Source: Callorhinchus milii | Lineage: Eukaryota | Assembly: GCF_018977255.1 (NCBI RefSeq) | Contig: NW_024704742.1 | Location: 111,850,001-111,914,000 of the forward strand | Length of the DNA: 64,000 nucleotides | Reading direction: 5' to 3' | Part shown: positions 52,305 through 64,000 of the stretch, in pieces | Layout: each line of letters begins with the position of its first letter | Position numbering within the stretch: the stretch's first letter is position 1 | Position numbers and translations under genes: made by a program | Notes under the pieces: generated by a model | What the model saw: only the letters and a program-made list of their open reading frames with translations | The model's database searches: none | What the model was told of the DNA's origin: nothing

Positions 52305-53112
52305 AGGTATAGGACCGTGCATTCCATATCTATACGGATGACACCCAACTCTTATCTCCCTGCCTCTACCCTCGATTCCAGGACCACTGCTGTTCATGAA
52401 GTACTGAATGAGTTCCAACTTTCTATAGCTCAATGTAGGTGAGACTGAGGCTCAATTGCTTGGCTCCCGTCAGTGCCTGGGACTAACTGCATCGATCTGC
52501 AAATTGATGCGCACTTCACCTCATCGAGCTGGTGCAAATCCTGTTATCCTGTTCAAATCCCCAACTGTCCTTCAAACTTTACATCCATCTTTCACTTCTT
52601 CTGCTTTCCTCACCTCCACAATATCCTCTGCCACTACCTCCTACCCCCAGGCTGCTAAGACCCTCATCCATGCTTTTATCACTTCTAGGCTCAATTACTC
52701 TTAACAGCCTTCTCATTGGGAGAACCCAGTTCCTCTCTACGCAGTGTGTGGATCACTCAAAAGTCTGCAGCCCATGACCTCTGTGTACCTAGCTCTGTAA
52801 GCCTATCACCCCCAGCCTTGCTTGGCTCCTCCGATGATCCCCATTCCCCAGAGAATCAAATTCAGGGTCCTTGTCCTCACTTTCAAATACCTCCACGGCA
52901 TTTGTGTTGTCCACCTGCTCCGCCCCACCATCGGTGGTTGAGCCTTCAGCCATTCTGCTCTTGCTCTCTGGAACTCCATCCCACATTCAAATGTTGCCTT
53001 TCCCTTCCCCTTCTCAGCCTCCTCCTCCCGGCCTCCCTACCCCCAGTCCATTACATGAAGAGCTCTTTGAGACACGTTTCCGATGTGAAAGGCAGTGTAC
53101 GCATGTAAAACG
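52305..53112 (+). mobile_element. Decayed L2 LINE, 3' ~800 bp
   Basis: TATACGGATGACACCCAACT (YTDDTQL), PQAAKTLIHAFITSRLNYS, ATTCCCCAGAGAATCAAATTC and terminal GTGAAAGGC; collinear with the 20721-22114 element. Confidence 0.85.
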
Positions 53113-53598
53113 TAGGGTATAATTTGCCTCAAATGCTGCTCTGCAAAAGCTTGTGTGAGCATTATCTCTCAACATGGGGAACTAATCTCTTGTTTTGTAT
53201 TTAAATTTATTGTATTTTTTAAAAAAGGTATTACGTCAGTATTTTGAGTCTTTTCATCTGGAGTGACTTGAAGCACTATTTTAAAGTGCAGATCAAACAA
53301 TACAGTATAAATAAAGTAGATTTGTTCATTACTGACTGAAAACAACTCCAGATAGTAGTCCTGTATTAACAAACAGCCTGAACAGAATGACCATAAGGAT
53401 TCCGCACCCAAGCTAATACTGAAAAGCGCATTAAATCAGTAAACCGGTATCTATCTGTCCAAAATGATAGTTGCAATAGTCATGATTATTATATAACATA
53501 ATCAGACTGGGTTGGGCTTTCATGCAAACAGTGTGGTGGTGGCAGCAGTGGTGGTGGGGTGGGACTCGGTGCAGGGGAACGAACCACAATTTTTAAAA

Positions 53599-53645
53599 GC
53601 CGAATGGCCTCCTTCTGTGCTGTATAATTCTATGATTCTGTGATA
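53599..53645 (+). mobile_element. CR1 terminal fragment
   Basis: GCCGAATGGCCTCCTTCTGTGCTGTATAATTCTATGATTCTGTGAT. Confidence 0.7.
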
Positions 53646-54612
53646 TGGGAACACTGAAATGCTCATAAAGCAATATAGTACTTTAGAGCTTCCATAGTCT
53701 TTCAATATTTAGCATTTCTATAAGGTTATTTAAAAAAATCAAAGCTGTTAAAATATCTCATCTGCAACAGAATTCCAGTAACGAGCTCTGCCATTTGCAT
53801 AATGAGGAACACACCACCATCAGTATTGTCAAGGCAAAAAAAAGTTTTCCTTTCATAAATGGATTTAGTTTTCCTATCTTAGGCACATTGCAGGTTCATT
53901 AACTGTGGTACAGCTGTTCCTCTGCACATGTTGTAGTAGCCGGTTATCCTTGTGAACAATGTGTGCATCTGGAAGTAGATTAGTCCTTACTTTTAAGATT
54001 CTTTGATATACCAACAATTTTAACATAAGGTTTGTTTTTATGGCTTCCTGCGTTTATGGAGAACTATTATAAATGCCTCCTTTATAAAGCACATCTTCTT
54101 TGGGTCCAAAAACAGCCTCATAAAGGAAGGGCCTACTCCACGATGTGAATTGAAGTGGTGCATTTCAGCGATGAAATCCCAATGATTAATCAATAACTGA
54201 TCTCAATGACCTGATAAGGCCCTGCGCTATATCAAATGCAAGGATTATTATTATTATTTTTATTAACAAGCGTGGTTGTATTAATTTTCCCAGATAGCGC
54301 TGCCCCTCCCCTCATTAACTTGATCCCTCTACTGGTATATCAAACAATCCATAATAAAATAGAAGAATATTGGAATATGATTATAAATTAATATTTTTTC
54401 CACTGTTATAAATCATTTTGTTACTTCTCTAAAAACAAATAAGTGTTTTCACAGTATATGGTACCTTAAAATTGTTCTATCATAAAAAAGACAAGATTTA
54501 TGCTTAGTTACAGCAATAAATAAGACTGTATTCTACTCTAAAGAGACCAGTATTTTCTTGTCTTGTTAGTTTTGTCTTCTATTGTTGTTATAACATTAAC
54601 TTTTGTTATCAG

Positions 54613-54753
54613 CAGGAACAGATGCAAGAATCTGTGAATTGAATTGAACTGAACTGAGTGAGGATTGAGCAGAAAGAACTGGTCTTGAGAAAACAGGAGT
54701 GAGTTAACGTCAAAAGTACAGGACTTCTAGGACAGGAGAGAAGAGGGAGAAGT
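54613..54753 (+). other. 5' UTR part of the first coding exon; tandem CAGCAG acceptor (exon start 54613 or 54616)
   Basis: T-rich tract, branch-like ATTAAC (54595-54600), TTTTGTTATCAGCAG|GAAC. The UTR resembles my recollection of the human MEF2C exon (CAGGAACGAATGCAGGAATTTGGGAACTGA...GGAAACAGGA...GAGAGAAG...ATG). Confidence 0.75.
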
Positions 54754-54807
54754 ATGGGGAGAAAAAAGATTCAGATCACGCGGATTATGGATGAACGAAA
54801 CAGACAG
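54754..54807 (+). CDS. MEF2C: Myocyte enhancer factor 2, first coding exon (MADS-box N-terminus, MGRKKIQITRIMDERNRQ)
   Basis: ATGGGGAGAAAAAAGATTCAGATCACGCGGATTATGGATGAACGAAACAGACAG then the donor GTAAGA: 18 codons, phase 0, strong Kozak context AGTATGG. The peptide equals MEF2A/MEF2C and differs from MEF2B and MEF2D. Family call is near certain; C over A rests on recalled UTR similarity. Confidence 0.85.
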
Positions 54808-56477
54808 GTAAGAGATAACTAACAAAAGGCAATAATCAAATTCAACCCTTATTAGAGCACTAACCTGAATCCTCCAGCAGTGGAACAGTTTGTAATCTTT
54901 CAGTGTTGACCTATCCATGAAGGATTGCCACAGCAACATTTTTCATTCATCATTAATAATAAGTTGGGATGCAGTCAACTTTCTGTGTGCGCCAATTACA
55001 TTTAAATGTAAATTTAAAAACATCTCCATGAACAGATGGATGCTTAAAGCTGCTGATGTGTGCTTGCATCGTCCTTCCGGGTATAACATGGTGACGAATG
55101 GGTTATTACAGGTAATGAAAATATTGTGACTTTTTCGCAGCTTTGAAGGTGCAGAATCCGAGTCTACATCTTAACTATTTTTCTGCACCACAGAAAAGCT
55201 TTTTCATTATATTAAGAATTTCCATAAGCTATAAATCCAATACTTAATAACCACTACTGAATAAAGACACAGACAGTAATGATTTAAGCCAATCCAATTG
55301 AAAGTTCACAGAACAAATTAAAACTAGCAGTGCTCTTAAATTGACAGACAACCTTCCTTATATTCCTTTGAAAGAAGATAGGTTAGATTAAACTTAAGAT
55401 ACTGTAATTGCTTTGTGGGCATCAAAGTGCATCAGNAAAAAGACATTCAAAGTACACTGATCTCAGCACAGTGTTTTATATTTTATTAAAATTATTTTCC
55501 TCCATTTATTCTTTGCTTAATCTCTCCGATGCTATCTTTTTTTTCATCTCTGTAAGCCTCATAACATTGTCTTGAAAGAAACCAATCTAAGCACAAATCT
55601 CATTTCCTTGCTCTCAAGGATTCTCTCCATTGGATTAATAAACACAATACTATGTATTGGGAAAGAACAACTCTTAGTGGAAAATTATGTTTAAAGAACA
55701 AACAGAAATAGAATTTATGATGAGTACATTCCATGTTTTTTTCCCTTAGGCTGGTTATTGCTTCAAGGAAAGTCAGAAAGCAATCATGTTGCCTTAATCC
55801 AAGTCTCAATGGCTTCTTTAAATAGCTTACAGTTAGAACTGAAATTAAGAATTTTAATGTTATTTTATAAATTATTATATCGCTGCCAACCAATTGAATG
55901 TGTTGCCTATTCCTTTTAGTCATGTATTTTGCAAGACATTCATAGATATTTATAAATGCAGACACTTCCCCCATTTCCCCAATCACCGTAACAACGAATG
56001 CAATTTACACATTGAGGTTTTAGTCAGACCAAAGCAGTAACAGTTATTTTGTGTATAGTGATGGTGTAGAAGCTGGATGAAATGTGCTTCTCCCATGGGT
56101 ACATTTTGCACATAAAGAGTCTAAAAAGTTGATTAACCAAAATATGTAAACTTTTTGCAGGAGATTTAATCTGAGATGTATCTAATACAAACACAGAAAT
56201 GTGCTGGGATCTAAACACAAGAGTCCCAAAATAGTGGTCACCAGAGGTACATCATTTTAAACCTCTTTAACTTGATCTACTTCCGAAGTGGAGTTTCCAT
56301 AGATTGGAATAATGCACTTCCAGCGATTGTCAGGAGTCACAACAGCATTTGATACCCTGTTACAAATATTATGTTTTAGATTTGACGTTCTTTAGTTATG
56401 GTATTAGAATTGTACGGTGATTCCTCTAACTGTACCTTCATTCTTAAAAATGTAACAGATAAAACAGAAGTATTTTG

Positions 56478-56830
56478 AGGGACTAGGTGATATAATAGCT
56501 TAGCATACTGCCCTTTCACATCTGAGGTCTGGATTTGATGCTGAGATGGAAATCTTCCCTTTGATGGTTATCAGGATTGTATATCAAATACTTAAACTGT
56601 GTTTGCTTCAAATCATTATCTAGGAAATAATGGGCCTATAATAAAATCCTACACTTAACTTGGCATTTGATGCAGCTAACCTCAAAGAGCCCATACGCAT
56701 GGCTCTTGTGGGAAATGGAAAAAATCACATTGAAACTATAGGGGTACTCTTCTGAGATTGGGCTAAAGTTAGGGGGAAATAGAGATGGGCATGCAGTATG
56801 CTGATATTGGATGCTTGAAATGGTGCTCTG
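56478..56830 (+). mobile_element. Possible LF-SINE-related ancient SINE, decayed
   Basis: GGGACTAGG...GCCCTTTCACATCTGAGGTCTGGATTTGA...GAAATCTTCCCTTTGATGG...TTGGCA follows the order of the LF-SINE consensus as I recall it; divergent. Confidence 0.35.
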
Positions 56831-58885
56831 TTTTCTGGTGCTAACATTGCTTGCCTTAATGAACAGAAAAAATCAGCTTTTCAAACTTCATATACAAATA
56901 ATTTACCAATTTCTGGGATTTATTTAACAAGTAGAACCCAAACAAACTGATTCAGTTCATTATTCCAATGTAACATTCATATAATTCCCACTGTAAGAGA
57001 GTTTTGATGTGAGCAGTGGGAGAATTCCAGAATTATTGCAGAGGAGTTTCCTTGACCATGTTCAGAGATTTAAGTCCTGAATGCACAATTAATAATTTGA
57101 CTCAGAATGTGATTTGTTTTTGGTCAGCCAGATATTTGACTCAATCTCTGCAACCCCCCCCCACCCCCTCCCCACGCTATGCTCATGGGTCTTCATTCCA
57201 AACTACTGAGAGTTTCACATTTGTATGGTTCTGTTTGTCTGGTATGGAGTTCACGTTCTCTCCCCAGAGTGACACATCTTGCTCACCCAATTCTGGAGAG
57301 TTTAGACAAAGTTTAGGTAAGAACCAATAATTGAGGATCCTAGAATGTACATTGTGCAGCTTGTCTTTGCAAATACTGGCTAGCTTCAACCTGCTTGCTA
57401 GGATTGCTAGGATTACTATACTTTTGGGGATTTGGCTTGCCGTCATCAAGTGTGAAGAATCCCAGTCGCCAGCGACATGTCTAATATGCCAGCTTCCTGG
57501 TCTATAATCAACAGTACCTTACAATACCTCAAGCCTGCTTGGCACAGGGACTAGACTACCAGACCCACCTTAGAGGGTCGACTTGATTCCAATCTTCCAT
57601 TGTCAGGTGTGTCATCTTGGAACCAACTCAGCCCCAAAGAGATTTGTTTATGTCATCCCAAGAAGGAATATCACTAGATGGCCATTAGACATCACACAAC
57701 CACAGGTTTGAACCTTCTTTAGGAATATATTCAAGTAACAGAATCCAGACAAACAGCCAATTGGTGAATAGCACAATTCAGCATAAAATCTGTGACAAAA
57801 TTGCCATCATCCTCCTGCCCTTATCCTACCTATTGATTAATGGTTCCACCAGTTGGAAATGCACAGCCTCAGCCGTAGCTACTTGCCTCTCTGCATACCA
57901 ATCAAGATAGGCACCAAGTCCTATATATATGGGTGTGTGTTCATGGACCAGGATCCCTGGTAACGCCATTCACCAGCTATTACCACAAGACTCATACATT
58001 TCCTAAAATGAACTATTCGATGGAAGTTTTAAACTGCAGAGTAATGTATAACAGCGAATAAATGCAAGACAGTAATATGATTTAAGAGGTGTAGCTAATG
58101 TCTTAAATTGCAAGAACAAATCATAATCACCTTATAAATGTTACTGTAATCATGTAGCACTGAGTTTGTAGCCCTGAAATCAATGCCTGTAGCCAGGTTA
58201 TTTATAACAGATATAGTACAATTTCATGGGATATATTTAATCAGTCTTTACTTTCTGCACTAACACTGATTGCCACTGTGGGCACCACTACCCGACGTCA
58301 CTGTGCACTTAATGTCTGGCAACGCTTACAGAAAGCAATCTACAACTGTAATATCATTATTATGAGTTATTGCAAAATAATTTGCAGATTGCTGAGGAAT
58401 AGTAATATATGCCAGATGTACATTCAAAGCAGGTCTGTTTCCTGATAATAAAGGCACATTGGTGTAGTAAAGACATTACACTTGGTGAACATTATCACAC
58501 ATTAAGGAGATGGGTTGCATTGATACAACCGTAGACACGGGAGAAAACAGTAACAGAATAGATCTCCCATGCACAAAAGCGCACATATATCAAATCAGAA
58601 AAAAATAATTGATAGAATGAATTTAAAGCAGTAAACTGATCTGACAATTCAGGTAATAGTCATAGGTTCCTTAAATTTCACTCTTAAGACATCGGGTTAC
58701 AACACATTCTCAGGGATTTAATTTTTTTATGAATTATACATGATGATTTCCTGCAATTTTTCAAGCTTAAAAATAATGAAACCTAATGTCATTCATTGAA
58801 CAAACATCATCAGTGGTATTTGAGTCTGATTCAAGATACGTGTCTAGTTTATTACGTTATATTTTCATACTGAAGTCAAGTTGTA

Positions 58886-59826
58886 AACAACAACAATAAA
58901 ATGACATTTGTATAGCACCTTTCATGTCGGGAGGACGTCTCAAGGCGCTGGACAGATAAGAGTTTTCTGACCCGAACTGGGGATGGGAATCAGAGAGGGT
59001 GGAGGGCAGGGGGGAAGCAGGGAGATCGAAAGCACAGTCGAAGAGGAGGGTCTTGAGATGGGTCTTGAAGGTGGCGAGGGAGGGGGCGAGATGGGACTGT
59101 GGGATGGAGTTCCAGAGGGTGGGGGCAGAGTGGCGGAAGGCCCACCCACCAATAGTGGGGCAAGCAAGACGGGGGACGTGAGCAGAGGGAGCGAACAGGA
59201 TGGTAGGGGGTTAGGGGGTCGCAGATGTATGGGGGAGCAAGACCGTGGAGGGCTTTGAAGGTGAGGGCCAGGATCTCATACTGTATCCTCTGCGTAATGG
59301 GAAGCCAGTGGAATCAGGTGAGGATGGGGGTGATAGGGTCGCAGAGCCTAGTGCGGGAGAGGACATGGGCTGCAGAGTTCTGGATGATCTGCAGCCTGTG
59401 GAGGGAGGAGTTAGGGAGGCCGACAAGCAGTGAATTTGCATAGCTGAGTCTTGATGTAATGAAGGCATGTATGAGGGTTTTGGCGGCCTGCGGTGTGAGA
59501 CAATGTCGGAGCCGGTGACGTTCCGGAGGTGGGGGATGCAGAGCGGTTCATGGCGCAGATGTGAGGCAGAAAGGATAGTTGAGGGAGCTGATAGCTGAAC
59601 GGGAGCCAATCAGGAGAGCCTCGGTCTTGTTGACATTCAACTGAAGAAAGTTAGCTCTCATCCAGGACTTGATGTCCAACAAACATTCTGTCAGGACAGC
59701 AGTGGTCCTGGAGTCAAGGATGGAGGCAGAGAGGTAGAGTTGGGTGTTATCCACATACATGTGGAAGGTGACCCTATGTCTGCGGATTCTCTTTGACCGA
59801 GCCTTCAGCTCCCCTCTCGACTCTCT

Positions 59827-59870
<44 letters not shown>

Positions 59871-59892
59871 ACCCCCCTTTCCCCCCCCTTTT

Positions 59893-59958
<66 letters not shown>

Positions 59959-60245
59959 TGACCATTTCCCCCCTGCTCGGGTCATGACCCAACTGTGCAG
60001 CGCCTTGGGACGTCCTCCTGACTTGAAAGGCGCTTTATAAATGGAATCTTGTTGTTGTTGTTGTTGCGGATAATGTCACCATGAGGGAGCATACAGATAT
60101 TGAAGAGGAGGGAACCAAGGACAAAGCCCTGAGGAACACCGCATGAGATGATGTGGGGGCTAGAGGAGAAACTGTTTGTGGAGTTGAAGTGGAGGCGGTA
60201 TGAGAGATGCGATCTGAACCAGTCAAAGACAGAGCCGTGAAGGTT
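58886..60245 (-). mobile_element. L2 LINE, 5'-truncated, interrupted by a second L2
   Basis: (CAA)n tail at 58886, [14 protein letters not shown]...LLDIKSWMRANFLQLNVNKTE; collinear with 20721-21860 and resumes at 60065. Confidence 0.92.
59788..60064 (+). mobile_element. Short L2 3' end inserted in opposite orientation
   Basis: CTCTTTGACCGAGCCTTC, C-rich 3' UTR, CAGCGCCTTGGGACGTCCTCCTGACTTGAAAGGCGCT, (GTT)n tail; TSD TGCGGAT at 59781-59787 and 60065-60071. Confidence 0.9.
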
Positions 60246-60344
60246 TCTTTTCTAAAGAAATACAATGAGCCTTTAGAGGAAAGTGATATAGTTTTTGTAC
60301 CATTTAAAAATAGCTTGTGAGACCACCAATTAACTAGTTATTGT

Positions 60345-60680
60345 TCCATCATGCTCTATTATCTCCCTATCTCTCTGATCTGCTCATAACCCACTCCTCT
60401 GCCTGCCCTCAGATCAGCTAACACAAGCCTGTTGCGTGTCCCTCACCCCCTCTGTGTCATCATCCTTAGCGTGCCTTCAGTCATTACTCCCCTAACCCTA
60501 CCTCTATCCCCTCTTCCTAACCTCCCTTTAATCTTTAAATCCCACCTTAAAACCTACCTCTTCAACCACTTCAGAAGTCACCTCCTCTTGCCTCCTTGCT
60601 TGGCTTCCAATCCTGCCACTGTGAAGCACTCTGAGACATATTCCTTTGTGAAGGGCGCTATATAAATGCATGTTATTATA
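60345..60680 (+). mobile_element. Decayed L2 3' end
   Basis: CTTTAAATCCCACCTTAAAACCTACCTCTTC...TGTGAAGCACTCTGAGAC...GTGAAGGGCGCTATATAAATGCA. Confidence 0.75.
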
Positions 60681-61197
60681 TGAACAATGATCAGTTTTTA
60701 AATTGGGATAGCTGGATTTGCATAATAGTTAATCTACTTTTGTTTAAACTGATGAGCAGAATTATTTATTGATGGATATCTTCATAAGCAATTCCTTAGA
60801 TCGTGTCTCGTGTGTAAGGAGTTTGGATGGAAATGAGACCTCCGGGTCCTATGCCAGATGAGGTATAGGCTCATCTGGTTTGAGTTATATTGTTATTTAA
60901 AATAATCCTAAAAATTACAAAACTTGGTTTGACTGATGGGATATCAGAATTGCTATTATTTCTCTCTATTTTCATATTAAATTGTACAACATTATTTACC
61001 CAATTTATCAAACGATATATGTGTTTCTGTTTAACCATCATGAACTGTAAATGCAACAGTGTTACAGTACACATGCCTGTTTGTTGCATTAAGTTATTGT
61101 AGACACTGAAATTGGTTCACCCCTTGTACAGTATATAAATTCTAAGAAGCCAAAAAGTAAAGTGAAATACAATTTCAATGCAGTCCTTAAACGATGT

Positions 61198-61263
61198 TTA
61201 AAGCGCTCTGGGCCCCTACGCTCCACGAGGGCTGTTATACAAATGCAAGTTGTTGTTATTGTT
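61198..61263 (+). mobile_element. L2-type terminal fragment of another subfamily (related - strand remnants at 46560-46618 and 48001-48055)
   Basis: AAAGCGCTCTGGG...GAGGGCTGTTATACAAATGCAA(GTT)n. Confidence 0.55.
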
Positions 61264-62554
61264 AATTCCAAATTCAATTTCTCAACACAACTGACAAAAT
61301 GAATGAAAGTTGACTTCATTAAAGAACCTCACCGTCAGAACCCTTTTTTTAAAAAAAATTAAGAATGATTTGAATTAATTTTAAGATCCCTATAATTACT
61401 GCTGTGACTATGGTTGTTTTTTTATTTACCAAGATTTAGTGACATCATCAGGGAAAATAGCTCAGAGGAGGTACAGAACTCAAATGTAATGTAGGAGCCC
61501 CTGAGGTTAATGCTGCTATCTTTGGATGTTCATTCAGCTGCCTTGCACCTTTTTTATTACTGAGATTTGTTTTTGCAACATATTTGTACTTGTAGTGTAT
61601 GTTTACTCAAATATATAGTACTGCATAAAAAGATTGAATCTCACTTTGGTCATATGACCTCCTTGTGTAGAAAGGTCAAAACTCACTGGTTGTATCACCT
61701 CCATGTAAGAAAGGTCAAATCTCACTCTGGTTTTCTGAATAAGACCCATGTAGAGAGGTGGCTTAGTAGTGGCACTATGTCAGTTACATTTCTACAGCTG
61801 GCACTGACACATTGTCTAGAATCCAATACATGTCACAATGTGCCTAGATCATCATTTCCATTTAAGGCACTCTATGTCTACTAGATGTTTGACCTTCTCT
61901 CCCTTATCCCTGACCTCCACCCCCTCCCCAAGTTGGTAGACTAATCCAAGACAATAGATTGATTGTATGCAACCAATACAACACGATTATAATTGCCACG
62001 TAAACCCTATCTTCTGATTTCCACTAAAGATGAAACGTAACACCGCATGCATAGAGCAACCTGGCTAGATTAATAACATCATTGTTTAATTTCTTTACTA
62101 GCACCAGCCAGTTAAATACAAACAACTTTGATACCTCTGCAGGAATGAATCAATCTGTCACCAATTAATCAAGTCTATCATTGTTCTTTTTCACAGTGAA
62201 GTTAAAATTGTAGATTTACAAACGGATTTGTAACTAATGTTATAACTAGTGTTGCAAATCTTACAATTTAGAAACTGATGTGAGGTTTAATGGGTGCTGA
62301 TGATGACATTCGCTCTTCAAGATGTCTGTAATCTGGGCCAGGTTCTCAGTTACCCAAAGGGAGTATGCATATCATGAAAACCGAAGGTCACCAACATTTT
62401 AAAAAATCATATTCTCCATTCAATTAAGAAATCAATTATTCTGGCATTTCTTTAAATTGTACACAATCTGGTTTATAATGTGTTTGATTTGATAGAGGAA
62501 CAATGATAACCTACTGCACTGGATTAGAGAATAATAAATGTCTTGGGGTGTGTT

Positions 62555-62905
62555 ACAAGGGCCCAGAACAAACCTTGCTATTAATTCAGTGGATCAACAA
62601 GTTACATGATGTTTTAGCACAGTTGGGGCAATAGTAAAGAGAGCTTTAATTGACTTCAGCACCCCGGGGTTCAGGAAGGAATAGACCACAGTGTTCCTAA
62701 TCGATATCTAGTTATGTCTTCCTGGAAGAGTCAGTGTGGAAACTGCCAAACTATAGCAGGATAAGACTGCTCCCTTTACCCCTCCTTCTCCCCTTCCCCC
62801 TGGCTAAATTATGAAGAATATTCTGATGGATTAGGAGTTGTTGGTGCCTGTGCAACTGTACTACAGAACAAGTTATCCTTTTTCAGGAGAGGAAATTGGG
62901 ACAAA
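62555..62905 (+). mobile_element. AmnSINE2-like SINE, decayed
   Basis: TTGGGGCAATAG...AATTGACTTCAGCACCCCGGGG...CCTAATCGATATCTAG...ATGAAGAAT...TTCAGGAGAGGAAATTGG. Confidence 0.5.
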
Positions 62906-64000
62906 AATTTTAAAAAAAGGCAAAAACCAGGGCATCTTTCTTGAGGGATTTTACTGATCTTTTCCACAACATTTCAATTATCATATTTGTGCATAGAAGA
63001 GGATTGTGTTTCTTTGCATTTACAACACTATATATACAAGGCGCATATATACATATGTATACTATACATATTGCTTACTATTTTCACTCAAGGATCCATC
63101 ATTTCCATCTACTAGTTCAAATTTGCTTTGTGTAACATATTATTCTTTTTATGTACCTGTTCTTTTTATGTGTCAGAAAAATCGGATATTACACTTGCAT
63201 CAGCATTGTGCAACAGGAGACAGTATTGTAACAAATAGTAAAAGCAATGCAAATCTATCTAGAATATATAATAACTTGGAACTATTATATTAAATTGCTT
63301 TATTCCAGGTAATGGCCTTTCAATTTGCATGTCCCAGTGTCAGAATTTGTGTTTAATTTATTTGACTCTATTGCCTTGTTTACTGCAAGTGTGGCTTTGC
63401 TCTTTATTATCTATGGCTTTCTTACCTGCACAGAGAACAAACCTTACCTTTTCTCAAAAATGGATGATATTATTTTGTGTCATTATAGAATGAGTCACGA
63501 AACATCAGGAAACCTGAAGATAATTTTATGTGAAAAGAATGAGTTCTCATTTCATGAAAGTGCTTCTCAGTGATAATATATTAGTAATGTACATCCCAGT
63601 GAATAACAAGAAACATTTAAGAGACAACTTACAGTCACTGAAAACATTGGAAACATCACCTCTGTTCTAATCAACTTCAACTAAATTCAGCTAGTCAGCA
63701 GCTTTTAGACAAAGAATCTTGTAGATTTGTCAAAAAGGGTGGCAGCTGGTTGAAATACAAGGAACTGCATTTCAATGTTATTTTTCACTTTAAAAGCAAA
63801 AGGTAGAAAATTATACTGTGTCAACTATGGATAACCTTTTTTACTCCCACCCCTCCGCCCCATAACAATCTTGGCTTATACAATGCACTGGCAATGGTCT
63901 GCAACAGTAATATTTGTGCCCATAAATATAAATGAATTCTGAATAAAATAAAATTCCATCTGGGACAAATTCTGACTGCTCTGAAATGGTACATTAATGG

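Noticed and set aside
59828..59958. Formin-like poly-proline ORF
   Set aside because: Occupies the pyrimidine-rich 3' UTR of an L2 insert; the C runs are probably exaggerated by base-calling.
1..64000. CRISPR arrays, operons or prokaryotic defence systems
   Set aside because: Sequence is eukaryotic and intron-like; no repeat-spacer array or dense coding seen.

Overview
Vertebrate genomic DNA, most likely a cartilaginous fish and possibly a holocephalan (inferred from the L2, CR1, Deu-type and tRNA-derived SINE repertoire). The window holds the 5' part of a + strand MEF2-family transcription factor gene, best matching MEF2C. It starts with a CpG-island promoter carrying ETS, NRF1-like and perfect MEF2 motifs. 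About 54 kb of repeat-rich non-coding DNA follows, then the first coding exon (MGRKKIQITRIMDERNRQ, 54754-54807), which the ORF track missed. The second coding exon was not seen and probably lies beyond the window. The ORF-track entries I checked are spurious, repeat-derived or decayed L2/CR1 pieces. I found no convincing new multi-gene system. The best leads are a 6-codon uORF in the ATG exon, a near-perfect 47-bp intronic hairpin, an autoregulatory promoter layout, nested insertions with readable TSDs, a templated inverted insertion, a decayed hammerhead-like motif and candidate enhancers. Repeat family names and mammalian comparisons are from memory and need database confirmation.
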